Under the pieces are notes generated by a model. It did not search any database. It was given only the letters and a program-made list of their open reading frames with translations, and was not told the DNA's origin. The position numbers were made by a program, and so were the translations under genes. DNA of 55,149 nt from a virus (taxonomy: Duplodnaviria > Caudoviricetes): IMG/VR virus record IMGVR_UViG_3300037149_000085, positions 1 through 55,149 of that record; one strand, written 5' to 3'. Each line of letters begins with the position of its first letter. Position 1 is the first letter of the stretch. Of this stretch, positions 22,501-32,249 are shown one piece after another.

Positions 22501-25500
22501 ATTTACTATGTCAGCAGTAGGTGGTACCGCTCCCTATTGCTGGTACGCAAGCAATTTACCCTCAGGGTTAGAGATCAACATTGATGGAACAATATCGGGG
22601 GTTCCCACCCAGTTAGGTAATTTTAGTGTGACATTTGTAGCGATGGATAGTAGTTCTCCTGTTTACATCGCCGAAACTACACTTGTGTTTCCTATTCTCA
22701 CTGATCTTGGAATTGTAACATCCTCCCTATCTTCCATGACTGTGGGTACTCCCTACGCTTGTCAGTTGACAAACACAGGGGGAATCTTACCGTTCTCTTG
22801 GAGCTTGGTAGGTGGCAGTCTGCCCCTAGGATTGAGTGTGAATAAGAACACAGGGTTGATTAGCGGGACTCCGTGCACCTACAACTCTACAGTGGATTTC
22901 ACTACTCCTTATACACCTACGATTCAAGTACAGGACGCGGTCGGGGCAATCGCAACTCAGACCTATAACTGTTCGCTCCAACCCACTGCACTAGGGTTTG
23001 GTGTATTGGATCAGCCGCGAATCAGTGCACAGGAAGAATTCAAATTAGTAGTTCCGGTTAAAGGAGGGGCGTCCCCTTATACTTTGACCCAGTTCACGGA
23101 TAAGGGAATAATCGGGCAGGGATTGCAGATTATCAACCCGTCCAAGATTTCGGTGTTAGCAGGAGTAAATCCTGCCGCTCTGCAATTAACTACAGTGAAT
23201 CAGACGGTGTACCCACAAGGATACCCGGCCAATGTGGTTATAGAGCTAGCCGCGTCAGGTGGAGTTCCGTGGAATTCGGGTCTACCGACTGCACAAAGTT
23301 ACAAGTTCTATGTTGATCCGACAGCTATTGCGGCCAACAATACGTTACCCGGAGCAGCGGTATACGGCTCTCTACTCGTAGCAAGCCCAACGTCAAATGG
23401 AGTTTACACCGTCACTATCAAGGTGATTGACAGCGCGGGGCATTACACAACCCAAACACTCATAATCACCGTGCAGCAGTTAAATAGTGGGACATACACT
23501 CTAGCCCCTTACAGCATTAACACAAATGGTAATGTATCCAACCCGACTACGTGGACACTAACTCCTATTTCCGCGTTTCCAGATGCAACCACCGGGTCAG
23601 CGTATACACCGGGTTCTGGGCAGTACTATGCCCTCGTGCTGATGAAGAACGGAGCCCCGCTGGTAAATCTTAGCTCAGCTCCTTCTTTCTCAATTATTAA
23701 CGGTAGTATCCCAGTGGGAATTAATTTTGCGTCTCCTTCGACAAACGCAAATTCCGTACTCGTGTTTAGCGGCACCCCCACTGTCTTAGGGTCTTCAAGT
23801 TTTGAATTCCAGATTACAGGGGTAGACGCCGCTGTGACATTTGCAGCAGCTACACGACAGAGTATCACATCTACGGTAACAGGGGGTGGCACCACCACTG
23901 TAGTGACCCTTACGCGGAATATGGAACTTGATCTTGATCTTAATATGGTTCAAGTGGGTGCGGTGAACAATACTTATAATTGGGCATATCCTATAATTAT
24001 GGAAGGCGGAACTCCTCCATACAAACTCAATGTTCTAACAGGCACCACGTTACCCGGGGTGAACACAACCACAGTGAACCAGCTCCCCGTCATAGTATCC
24101 AACACTTCGATTGTGGGGGATTACACTGTGGTGGTGGCGGCTACCGATAGTACGGGGGTGTCTTCACCTTCCGCGAGTATTCCTGTGCGTATTGTTCAGT
24201 CTACTGCACAATTAACCTACGTGATTAATAACAACATCCCGACCTATTGGTACGTGGACTCGCCCTTGCCGGAGAATACTTACTATATGGATTCAAATCA
24301 GGTGTCCAGTTGGTCAGCATCTGGGCTTCCGACGGGCGTAAGTTTGCGTAGTACAATTGGAACTCGGGTCTATCTAACGGGAACCCCCACAGTGGTTAGT
24401 CAGAGTAACTTATTTACGATTACAGCTACCTCGATTGTTTATGGAACCAGTGGGTCATCTACTTCCACGAATTTCGAAATCAATGCTCAGTCGGCAGTAG
24501 TTGTTGTCACTCCCACAGCTTTTACTCCAATCGTCGGGAATACCTACCGGGCAATTAACGGAAGTTCCTTCTTATCGGTAGTGTACACCGGGTACCAGCC
24601 CAATAGCCCCAACCTTCCCATACTAACTAATTCTCTTGTGGGCGCAGTGCTGGGCTCCCCGTCTACTACCAGCGGTGGCCAACCTACTACAGAAAATGTG
24701 AACGTCACATTTGACGGGTTCACCATGCTCTTCGACTACACTACAACTACGGCAGGAACCGATGTTATAACTCTGAGTCAAAGTGGGATTCCGATGACTT
24801 CGGTAAACCTTACGGATATGTATTCAGCTCTCTTAGCAATTCCTCAGAATATCGTACAGAGTGTTAGTGAGTACACAGCCTCCGCCATCCTCCCCCTACC
24901 TGTTACCTTATCGGGTGGTGCTGCCCCCTATTCAATCATTATCCCGGCGATAAATGGCATATCGGATGCTCGATTTATTCCAGTTAACTCCTTGGGTGTG
25001 CCTGTGGAGGCAAACACTCCGTGTACGGGAATTATGATTTCGGCCAGTGGGTTCACTGCAGGGGGGACGTACTCCTGTACTGTTCCTATGTTAATCACAG
25101 ACAGCAGCAATCAGTCGGCTGCGGTCTCAGGCTCCCTTACTGTGAGCATTACTCAAGGGACGACGATTCAGGTTGCGTTTACCAGTGCGGTATGGAACAT
25201 CGTACGGAGTTCTGTTGAACCTTACACAGGATCGTTCGTGCCTAACTTTTCCATGAGCACCCCCACAGTGGGTCACAAACCCTATAGTTATTATGTTACA
25301 AGCCTACTAATTCCTACAGGACTGGTAGGGTTTATTCACCCGTCTCCCTCAAATCGAGTGTTGGCATTTAATGAGAATGAGACTAGCACATCCATTAGTG
25401 TGGTTGATCTAGATGCCACGTTGACAGGGACAGTTTTATCAGGAAGTTACGCGGTCCCAGCGACGAACCATGCATCACTTCCCGTTGCAGGAACCTACCA

Positions 25501-25582
25501 GATTACGGTTGGGCTGAAAGTTACAGATAGCTTGGGAATTTCATCTACGTCAACTCAGACAATTAACGTTGTTGTGAGTTAA
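19592..25582 (+). CDS. Giant Ig-like (He_PIG/putative Ig) repeat virion protein
   Basis: 1996 aa, S/T/V-rich; repeated GG.APY.W..LP.GL.....G.ISG.PT units. Confidence 0.8.
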   Translation: MTLSLLGTFVNSVNSTLPLAQNANGLAIRVATQASGTLGSLTAVTPVSAPTWTLSNNPSWLTLSSTGNDCILSFSSAAYSPTPYEFYVTCTDGVSTVFYPIFMEVRDPFIIAPVAVNEPNLMVSGNSVSIQSNDSTVADVQIRGYGVFNTPLSGVNFILPSNLPSGLNFVTSNGGDLVLRVQQPSESNTVGGLQLYSGAPAATTVTIQAYQPTSFYDTPARAYNLTLTVGSLAQSQGTLDFGLGAQYNSASNYLEVDADVAVLNGVLQNGGAAVSLPLQYIWSSTGPLSLVSSTSTHALYSITGSAAAAVTLTIEDAHSNPVLNGSKTVNFLAVSPSNTNWLSGAVKVHISETNSLGALVEANVIQGYAGSVVPVTVSVHAADINSGESFTFTPSAIPMSSLEPAGSFSFSPVTINATQLSQVVNFTIPTTAALGTKWVLEVATAAGARAGNAQVVVESLGAPILTIAVPSSVTMNTGTPFTTQALATNGTLAVSNVVYELQGAPDGVTINAAGQITCNVLTPGVYSFSVLATASGYARSQSAAIALVVVATNSPLSIMTASSSLSAVTSSTVFQISWASTGVADALFLAQYPSPSPVRIVTGGTSASVQQAATSVYAVYGSNYYGYTYSVPLLCTLSSIQQGAALLPSPTIASIDVTNTLRVNWMPYPVDGGYSIYRGWDIILTTGGVTTTTLVGGGALSALAAASYTTVVPSGDYMMDMVALSSNLVEALNSPNWDNPHAFPSALQSSSVLFSSATVQLGQSFNVSLNSSYTTADMWRVDFPDNTSTGWIPVSSRTVPKSFASVPPSTTVVVTVQKNYGTNNPPVYLQRSIEVPIVVSPSQYVSPTATEDTLTTMEGMGGNQGFEITSSITSTAPPEPYEVIVRMLVRDTVTNELVLMLPTSRYSNASSLEGTMAIDVFPIYGRPHVKELIKPTLALSTNSNSSIIPVSIETISLPSNYYIGKPIPSAFTMSAVGGTAPYCWYASNLPSGLEINIDGTISGVPTQLGNFSVTFVAMDSSSPVYIAETTLVFPILTDLGIVTSSLSSMTVGTPYACQLTNTGGILPFSWSLVGGSLPLGLSVNKNTGLISGTPCTYNSTVDFTTPYTPTIQVQDAVGAIATQTYNCSLQPTALGFGVLDQPRISAQEEFKLVVPVKGGASPYTLTQFTDKGIIGQGLQIINPSKISVLAGVNPAALQLTTVNQTVYPQGYPANVVIELAASGGVPWNSGLPTAQSYKFYVDPTAIAANNTLPGAAVYGSLLVASPTSNGVYTVTIKVIDSAGHYTTQTLIITVQQLNSGTYTLAPYSINTNGNVSNPTTWTLTPISAFPDATTGSAYTPGSGQYYALVLMKNGAPLVNLSSAPSFSIINGSIPVGINFASPSTNANSVLVFSGTPTVLGSSSFEFQITGVDAAVTFAAATRQSITSTVTGGGTTTVVTLTRNMELDLDLNMVQVGAVNNTYNWAYPIIMEGGTPPYKLNVLTGTTLPGVNTTTVNQLPVIVSNTSIVGDYTVVVAATDSTGVSSPSASIPVRIVQSTAQLTYVINNNIPTYWYVDSPLPENTYYMDSNQVSSWSASGLPTGVSLRSTIGTRVYLTGTPTVVSQSNLFTITATSIVYGTSGSSTSTNFEINAQSAVVVVTPTAFTPIVGNTYRAINGSSFLSVVYTGYQPNSPNLPILTNSLVGAVLGSPSTTSGGQPTTENVNVTFDGFTMLFDYTTTTAGTDVITLSQSGIPMTSVNLTDMYSALLAIPQNIVQSVSEYTASAILPLPVTLSGGAAPYSIIIPAINGISDARFIPVNSLGVPVEANTPCTGIMISASGFTAGGTYSCTVPMLITDSSNQSAAVSGSLTVSITQGTTIQVAFTSAVWNIVRSSVEPYTGSFVPNFSMSTPTVGHKPYSYYVTSLLIPTGLVGFIHPSPSNRVLAFNENETSTSISVVDLDATLTGTVLSGSYAVPATNHASLPVAGTYQITVGLKVTDSLGISSTSTQTINVVVS

Positions 25583-25596
25583 GTACAGAGGATTAA

Positions 25597-28500
25597 ATGG
25601 CTACTTCGAATATTATCACAATACAATTGACGGGAGTCGGCGGGACAGCTCCCTATGTGTTCCTAGCACCATCCAGTCCGAACACCTCACTCCAAGTGGG
25701 GACATATAGTATATCAGGGATTAACTCGGATCAATTAACGGTGAATGCCACCACCCTGACCCCCGGACAATATGTCGTGTACGTCATTGTAATTGATAGC
25801 AATTTAAACACCGCAAGTAGTCTCGTCAATGTGAATGTCGTTCCGGCTGACGTGTTCACCATCCTGAACGAAGACCAGAATTTTGAGCCAGCAAGTTTTC
25901 CCTATAACGCAACAATCCCGTTGTTAAGTAGTGGACAAATGGGAACAGGGGCAGTTACTTGGTCTCTCATTCCTGCAATCACTACCATGCCGGGGGCTTC
26001 AATAGCGGCGGCTTCCCTTACGTTTAGTTTGACAGCGTTTGGGTCTTGGACGGTTGGGGTGTCGGCAACAGATTCCTTTGGTAACGTAGTCAACAAAGTT
26101 CTGGTGTTTCAGGTGTTATCTTCGGCAGTCTATCAGTTGGTCGATGGGCAAGTAGAATTGAAAGTGACAGCCCCCGTTACAAAGGTGGGAGTACAGAGTT
26201 TTTCGTTGTCAGTAACCGACAGCAATAATACCGTGGCTACTCAGACGTTTAACTACACTGTGGCACCCCCAGTAAGTAGTATTGATATCTCGGAGTACAG
26301 TTTTGACCATTATTGGGGTGCAGGAGATACCACTACGGTAGCCCTTCCGGTATTCGGGGATTTATCCGGGTTTTCTTTTGGAGAATTATCTCTCCCATCC
26401 TTATCGGATGGGCTTACAGTGTCTTTCGATGCCCTCGATGCCATCGTTGAAATCGGCGGCCCTCCCGCGCTGTTTCAAAACACCGAATTAGCTATCCCTA
26501 TCGCGGTCATGCAGGGGGGAATTCAGGTGGCCACTATCACCCGTGAATACACGTTACTCAGCCATAACGGGACTAACAATTTAGGCCAGTTTGCTTGCTA
26601 CACCAAGCCATATTTTGTAGGGGATAGTGTTGGGCTCAACCCATTAAAGCCGTTCTTTAACTCACCCACCGTTTCCAAGCCTGCGGGCGCGGTAGTATCA
26701 ATTCCGTTCGGATCAGCACTTCCGGCAGGGCTCTCACTGGACGCTAACACAGGGTTGATCTACGGTACGATTGTCTCAACCTTTAGCGGTTCATGCACCC
26801 TGCAATACAACGATTCAAATAATACCGCACTCGGCACGGTTAGCATTTATTGGGATATTCAACAGAATAGCTTTTCATTGCTGGACAATCTCACGGATGG
26901 GCAGATTCAGCAGGCGTACAACGGAAGCCTCCTGATAAATGGGGCTTCATCATTTGCACTGGCTTCTGTTGGTGTCTATCGAGGCCGATTACCAGCAGGA
27001 CTATCCTTGACAATTTCAAGCAACCAGCAAGCAGTCAACCTAACGGGAGTACCACAAGAAGCAGGTCAGTTTGATTTGTGGATTCAGGTGGTTAATAATT
27101 CGGGGAGTACGTCCTGCGTTTACCATCGTCTATTGATTGAGTATATTCCAGTTTTATCAGTACTGACCACTTCCCTCCCTCCTCTAACTACCGGGGTATT
27201 CTACCAACAAGTGCTTCAGGGATTTGGTGGAATTCACCCTTATACTTGGTCTTTGAATCCAGCGTCCCCGGTGCTTCCTGCGGGGCTTTCACTCACGTCG
27301 TCAGGGGTATTATCAGGAACCCCTACGGGCTCCTCTTACAACCAAACCATTTTGGTGAACTTGACAGATAGTCGGTCACCTGCTGTGGTGTCATCTCAAG
27401 GGCTCCCTCTAGTGATGGACAACTCATTAAAGATTTCAACTACAGCCTTGCCTAATATCATTCCCGGTCAGTGGTACTCCTTCCAGTTGTCTGCGACGGG
27501 GGGAACCGGAAGTTATTCATGGTCACTCCCGGTCAGCGGATTTACATTGCCTGCTGGGATAACGTTCAGTAGCACCACGGGAGTATTTACCGGAGTATTC
27601 TCCGGCGTTCCGACCCCTAACTACAGCAGCAGTGTAACCATCACGGTAACGTCCGGAAGTTCTACTCAGACGAAAGTATTCACTTTAGCCACGGGAACAG
27701 CCGAACTTCTCATCGACACAAGCGGGGTGGGGTTGATCAATAGGGGCAATCCCTACCAAGGCATTCTGCGTTCGTTCAACGCGGTTCAGCCTCCAGTGCA
27801 ATGGCAAGTCACCCCCAACTCCCCTAATGTGCTGCCTGCAGGGCTGTCCTTACAAGCAAACAGCGGCGACAATGGCGTAACTGCAATTATTTCGGGTACA
27901 TCGGTAGTCAAGGCGGATGGCTCTACCGGGTACCCCCAGATTCCGATCACTGTGAGTGCGGTGGATAGTGCTCAAAACTCCGCTCAGACCTTTTTGTTGC
28001 TAACCACTACCAGTAGTTTGGCAATCACTACCCCCGCTTTGCCTATTGCAACGGTTGGAGGTATTTACAACGTAACGTTGAACGCTACCGGAGGTGCCCC
28101 CCCGTACACGTGGGATGTTGACCCAACTTCTCCCAATACTCTAGCTGGGTCGGGTATGACGCTAACATCCGCAGGGGTGTTGTCGGGGTCCGGGGTATCA
28201 GTAATGTCACCTAACATCCTGTTTAGGGTTAGGGATAGTTTGACTCCCGCCAATGCGGACAGCCAAATGCTTGCGCTTAAGATTGTGAGCTCTACCTTGG
28301 CTATCGCAACGACCGCGCTGCTTCAAGCGGAGGCTAATCGCACATACACCATGCAATTAGTGGCGACGGGGGGAACCGGAAGTTATTCATGGTCAATTAC
28401 AGGGGGGCAACTTCCACTGGGGTTGACCTTAAACCCGGCTAGCGGATTAATCTCGGGACTTACTCAAGTGGTGGGGACTACTTCATTGACGTTAACTATT

Positions 28501-28950
28501 AGCGATACAGTGAATCAAATTTCAATCACCTTACCGCTGGTTGTAACCAACGGTCTAGCCCTTTTATCCGGAATAGACTATATCCAAGGGGGTACGCCTA
28601 CAAACAGTTTAGGTTTTGTGGGGTTAAACGGCGTGGTGAGCGCAATCAACCCATGCCCCAACTTGTCGTTCTTCGTAGTTGCGACAGGGGTTGTTTCGAC
28701 TGCCCCCGAAAGTATTGTGGTGTCGTTACCTACAGGATTTAGCTACACCATCAGCAAACTAACGGGCGGGGTAGCTTATATCCAGCTAGCGGGGGGGTTC
28801 AACACATACCCTCTTGGTTCGAATTCTATAACTGTAATTGTGAATGACGCAGGTGTGGTTGTGACTAACAGTTTTTCATGGACGGTGTATAACGATGGAG
28901 TCTTATCGGCTGCGCCTACTAATACGCTTCCAGTGCGGACTTTGGCTTAA
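25597..28950 (+). CDS. Ig-like (He_PIG) repeat virion protein
   Basis: 1117 aa; multiple ITT..LP...G..Y...L.ATGG...Y.W..LP.GL.L...G..SG repeats. Confidence 0.85.
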   Translation: MATSNIITIQLTGVGGTAPYVFLAPSSPNTSLQVGTYSISGINSDQLTVNATTLTPGQYVVYVIVIDSNLNTASSLVNVNVVPADVFTILNEDQNFEPASFPYNATIPLLSSGQMGTGAVTWSLIPAITTMPGASIAAASLTFSLTAFGSWTVGVSATDSFGNVVNKVLVFQVLSSAVYQLVDGQVELKVTAPVTKVGVQSFSLSVTDSNNTVATQTFNYTVAPPVSSIDISEYSFDHYWGAGDTTTVALPVFGDLSGFSFGELSLPSLSDGLTVSFDALDAIVEIGGPPALFQNTELAIPIAVMQGGIQVATITREYTLLSHNGTNNLGQFACYTKPYFVGDSVGLNPLKPFFNSPTVSKPAGAVVSIPFGSALPAGLSLDANTGLIYGTIVSTFSGSCTLQYNDSNNTALGTVSIYWDIQQNSFSLLDNLTDGQIQQAYNGSLLINGASSFALASVGVYRGRLPAGLSLTISSNQQAVNLTGVPQEAGQFDLWIQVVNNSGSTSCVYHRLLIEYIPVLSVLTTSLPPLTTGVFYQQVLQGFGGIHPYTWSLNPASPVLPAGLSLTSSGVLSGTPTGSSYNQTILVNLTDSRSPAVVSSQGLPLVMDNSLKISTTALPNIIPGQWYSFQLSATGGTGSYSWSLPVSGFTLPAGITFSSTTGVFTGVFSGVPTPNYSSSVTITVTSGSSTQTKVFTLATGTAELLIDTSGVGLINRGNPYQGILRSFNAVQPPVQWQVTPNSPNVLPAGLSLQANSGDNGVTAIISGTSVVKADGSTGYPQIPITVSAVDSAQNSAQTFLLLTTTSSLAITTPALPIATVGGIYNVTLNATGGAPPYTWDVDPTSPNTLAGSGMTLTSAGVLSGSGVSVMSPNILFRVRDSLTPANADSQMLALKIVSSTLAIATTALLQAEANRTYTMQLVATGGTGSYSWSITGGQLPLGLTLNPASGLISGLTQVVGTTSLTLTISDTVNQISITLPLVVTNGLALLSGIDYIQGGTPTNSLGFVGLNGVVSAINPCPNLSFFVVATGVVSTAPESIVVSLPTGFSYTISKLTGGVAYIQLAGGFNTYPLGSNSITVIVNDAGVVVTNSFSWTVYNDGVLSAAPTNTLPVRTLA
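27493..27525 (+). repeat. 33-bp exact direct repeat, copy 1 (copy 2 at 28363-28395)
   Basis: GCGACGGGGGGAACCGGAAGTTATTCATGGTCA is identical at both positions and encodes ATGGTGSYSWS. Confidence 0.9.
28363..28395 (+). repeat. 33-bp exact direct repeat, copy 2
   Basis: Identical to 27493-27525. Confidence 0.9.
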
Positions 28951-28959
28951 GGGGGAAAG

Positions 28960-30804
28960 ATGGCAACAGAGTATATGACAGGTGTAGTTACAGTTACGGG
29001 GGCGAACCCACAATCCCTCCCCTTCACGGCCAGTGTTGACACCACGACGGGAGCGGGCTCCACCTCGGTTTCTTACACAGGCTCATCGGTTGGAAACGAT
29101 AACTTGGTAGCTACGGCTACAATTGCGGGGGCTCCTTACACCTCCAACCCTGTCGGGATTGGTTGGCAGATTCCAGATGTTACGGGTTGGTGCACTGTCA
29201 ACGAGGGGTCAACGGAGTTGTACACTTTTGTTGTCATTGCATACTTCCCTAACGGAAATACGGGCGCTTCCAAACCGTTCTCTGTTAACGCCCACCACTT
29301 TAACGTGGCTTGGACTAATGTACCCGGTGCCACGTCCTACGAAATCTACTGCACCGTTTCAGGAGGAGGTACAGCGTCGTACGGGAGGCTCACCGGAGTC
29401 GGCAGTAAGACTGGGGGTGCCAACTCATGGTCAGTATGCCCAACACAGAATGGAGCATTAGGGGTTTATATGGATGATGGTACGTGGTATCCATATTCCG
29501 GGGATGGAAACCTCCCTCCTAATAACACGACCTGTACTGTTCCGGTCAATAACAGTGGGACAGGGAATCTGGTGCTTTCTCCCTCGGGTGCTTCGGTTCT
29601 TTTAGAAGGTGGCACCGTATCCTTGAACATTGTAATTTCCAACATTCCTTTTACCTTCACATCGTACGTCCCCCTTTATGAAGGAGTGGCGGGGTCATTA
29701 TTCATCACCAACAACCCTAATGGTGGGGAGCTGATGTCTTTTCAGACTTACAATGGGAATACGGTTGACCCTGCAGCCGCGCTACAGACCTTTCAATTGT
29801 CAGGTGATAACTCCGCGTATCAAGGGTTGTTGACAGTCAACTACTCCGCCCCAAACTATCAACTGGCATACAACGGTGGAGCTTTCGTGGGAAACACAGC
29901 TACCACTACAGTGACCCTCACTAACTCAGATGTGGCTTGGTACAATTCAGCTAATAAGAGCTTTGATTTATACACAGTATCTTCCACCGGAGGGGGAGGT
30001 ATCGCTTCGGTGGAATTTGATTATATGGTCGCTCCTGTTGTGGTTAGTATGTTCCCCACGTTTGTGGTCAACGGGGGTTCTTACCAGTTTAAAGTTATGC
30101 TAGAAAAGCCCCTGTCCCCTCAACAACAAGGTGCGTTTGCAACACCAAATTCGGTAACAGCCTCTGCATCACTGACCAACGGAACAGTCCAATCGGTAAA
30201 CCCTATCTGGGTCAATGGGTGGCTTACAGGGTGGACGGTGAACGCCACGATTCCAGCCTCCACTACCACCACCACCTGCCAGTTAAGCATGACGGTCACG
30301 GGGGTGCTTACATACCTGCAGGGAACCACGATTCAGGCGTCTCAGAGTATGACCTATATTACTGGCGCAGTGGGGGCTCCTATCACAGCCGTAAGTGCGA
30401 GTGCAACTCCTCCAATGTACTACAGTTTTTCCGTTACCCCTGTGACTGCGGGGACTGCTCCAGTCGTCATCCCATCGACTTGCACTATGACTGCGACGGT
30501 GTATCTTCCAACTCAGGACGCGGTATCTCTTAACTTCATCTCGCGAACAAATGGAGTACAGAGTACTCTCGGGCCGGGGCGGCAGATTAGTGCTACTACA
30601 GGTACCGTACAGGGGTCAACCGTATACTTGAAGACGTTCCAGTTAACCGGAGTAAACCCTTTAGCATTTTCGGGAACATACCTCGGGTACACAGCTACAG
30701 ATTCAGTGAATGGGCAAAGCGCCACTTGGTTTAATTCTCAAGATTACTCAGGGGTCTCAACCTCAGGTAACCAGTCTACCGCACCATCTGGAAGTGGGTT
30801 TTAG
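28960..30804 (+). CDS. Beta-rich virion structural protein (Ig/FN3-like)
   Basis: 614 aa, T/S/G-rich; VAWTNVPGATSYEIY FN3-like motif; within the structural operon. Confidence 0.55.
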   Translation: MATEYMTGVVTVTGANPQSLPFTASVDTTTGAGSTSVSYTGSSVGNDNLVATATIAGAPYTSNPVGIGWQIPDVTGWCTVNEGSTELYTFVVIAYFPNGNTGASKPFSVNAHHFNVAWTNVPGATSYEIYCTVSGGGTASYGRLTGVGSKTGGANSWSVCPTQNGALGVYMDDGTWYPYSGDGNLPPNNTTCTVPVNNSGTGNLVLSPSGASVLLEGGTVSLNIVISNIPFTFTSYVPLYEGVAGSLFITNNPNGGELMSFQTYNGNTVDPAAALQTFQLSGDNSAYQGLLTVNYSAPNYQLAYNGGAFVGNTATTTVTLTNSDVAWYNSANKSFDLYTVSSTGGGGIASVEFDYMVAPVVVSMFPTFVVNGGSYQFKVMLEKPLSPQQQGAFATPNSVTASASLTNGTVQSVNPIWVNGWLTGWTVNATIPASTTTTTCQLSMTVTGVLTYLQGTTIQASQSMTYITGAVGAPITAVSASATPPMYYSFSVTPVTAGTAPVVIPSTCTMTATVYLPTQDAVSLNFISRTNGVQSTLGPGRQISATTGTVQGSTVYLKTFQLTGVNPLAFSGTYLGYTATDSVNGQSATWFNSQDYSGVSTSGNQSTAPSGSGF

Positions 30805-30807
30805 CAC

Positions 30808-31470
30808 ATGGCAGAATACCCTTATAAGTACGCGCAGAAGACAGCTCCTTTCGACTTCTTAGGCACCTTCTGTGTCACACAGAAGGCGGCGTTGAAATCA
30901 TGGATAGCGGCTCGAAAGGGCAATTTAGGGGACATTCAGAAGTTCCACCAGATTAGAGCCCAACAGTTGCGTAAATCGGCGGGGTTGCTGGAGGAGTACT
31001 ATGCCGTCTACAACGATCAGATGATGACTCCTACTTTTAAAAAAGACTCTTGGCAGCCGGGTCCGTCGGGGCATTTCCCTAGTAACGTCGATAATGATCA
31101 TCTCCCCATGGTTGTTATGAGCAAAATAAAAGATAGGTTTAAGGAGCAGCTACAGCGGGATGAAGAGGGTATGTTCTCGATGAACCGGATTCGCTGTTTG
31201 ATTGAGAAACATGAAGATGCTGCTCAGTACGCGAACGAGGCGACCGACTCTGCAAATACAGAGAACATCGCTGCATTACTCGCGAGTATTGATAGCTACT
31301 TCAACAAGCCAGAGTACACAAGTGTTCTCGTGGATGACACATTAATGTACCCGGCAGGAGGGACTCAGCCCTATTTCCGGGTGAATCCGTTTGATACACC
31401 GACTCAGTTTGAGTTGGAGCAGATGAACCATAGTGCACCAGGTGTACCAATCAAATTGAAACAGGGGTAG
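30808..31470 (+). CDS. Hypothetical protein (baseplate region)
   Basis: 220-aa ORF tightly spaced within the operon. Confidence 0.7.
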   Translation: MAEYPYKYAQKTAPFDFLGTFCVTQKAALKSWIAARKGNLGDIQKFHQIRAQQLRKSAGLLEEYYAVYNDQMMTPTFKKDSWQPGPSGHFPSNVDNDHLPMVVMSKIKDRFKEQLQRDEEGMFSMNRIRCLIEKHEDAAQYANEATDSANTENIAALLASIDSYFNKPEYTSVLVDDTLMYPAGGTQPYFRVNPFDTPTQFELEQMNHSAPGVPIKLKQG

Positions 31471-31475
31471 GTATA

Positions 31476-32246
31476 ATGGCTTTTGACCTAAATACACAAA
31501 TGGTTAGTTGCGATCACTCCATTAGTTTGGAGAGATACTATGTCGATTCTGCCGATTTTCGCACCCTAAAATTAGCCGCTAACCCCTCATTACGGTTTCG
31601 TGCCCCCATTAACGGGCAGGCACTGGTTAAACTTTTTGTGTCAGGGGTGTCAGTACCTCCCGGTCACCCAACTCTTGGGTGGTCGATTCTACCTGATACA
31701 AATAGGGTGGGGACTTCTGACCAATTTTACAAAATAATGTTTAACAACCCAGTGAGATGGTTTATTCCGCTAATAGAAATAAGCTACACAACCCTACAGG
31801 ATTACTGCTTGAAGTGCAGTACAACGGGACAGCTCAATGATTTGGTCCCCTCTAATTCCGGGAGTGTTTTGCACGTAACGGATACCAGTAAGTTGGTGCA
31901 ATCAGTCTTAAAGTTAGTGCTTACGAGTGTCTGTCCGTTTTACCCTCAATTTACCTGTCCGGTGAAGACCTATATCGGACGGAAGATGACAGGAAGCGTG
32001 TCCGAAGATGACGTCTCCTCTTCCATTGTCACGGCTCTGGGTAATTTAATCAACATACAGAGCGCTCAGCAGGCGTTTCAAGCATTGACCCCGTTGGAGA
32101 CGCTGCGCGATGTGACTAACATTTCAGTAAATATGCCCGACCCTATGACAATCGAGGTTGCGGCCAGTATTGTATCTTATGGGACACTTAATTCGGTGCC
32201 TGTCAATTTTTTGCTTTCGTCTAACTATGGTTTGGTGGGAAATTAA
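31476..32246 (+). CDS. Baseplate wedge/sheath initiator (gp25/gpW-like)
   Basis: CLKC..KLVQSVLKLVLT..PFYPQF pattern; lies immediately upstream of the J-like gene. Confidence 0.6.
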   Translation: MAFDLNTQMVSCDHSISLERYYVDSADFRTLKLAANPSLRFRAPINGQALVKLFVSGVSVPPGHPTLGWSILPDTNRVGTSDQFYKIMFNNPVRWFIPLIEISYTTLQDYCLKCSTTGQLNDLVPSNSGSVLHVTDTSKLVQSVLKLVLTSVCPFYPQFTCPVKTYIGRKMTGSVSEDDVSSSIVTALGNLINIQSAQQAFQALTPLETLRDVTNISVNMPDPMTIEVAASIVSYGTLNSVPVNFLLSSNYGLVGN

Positions 32247-32249
32247 CTT

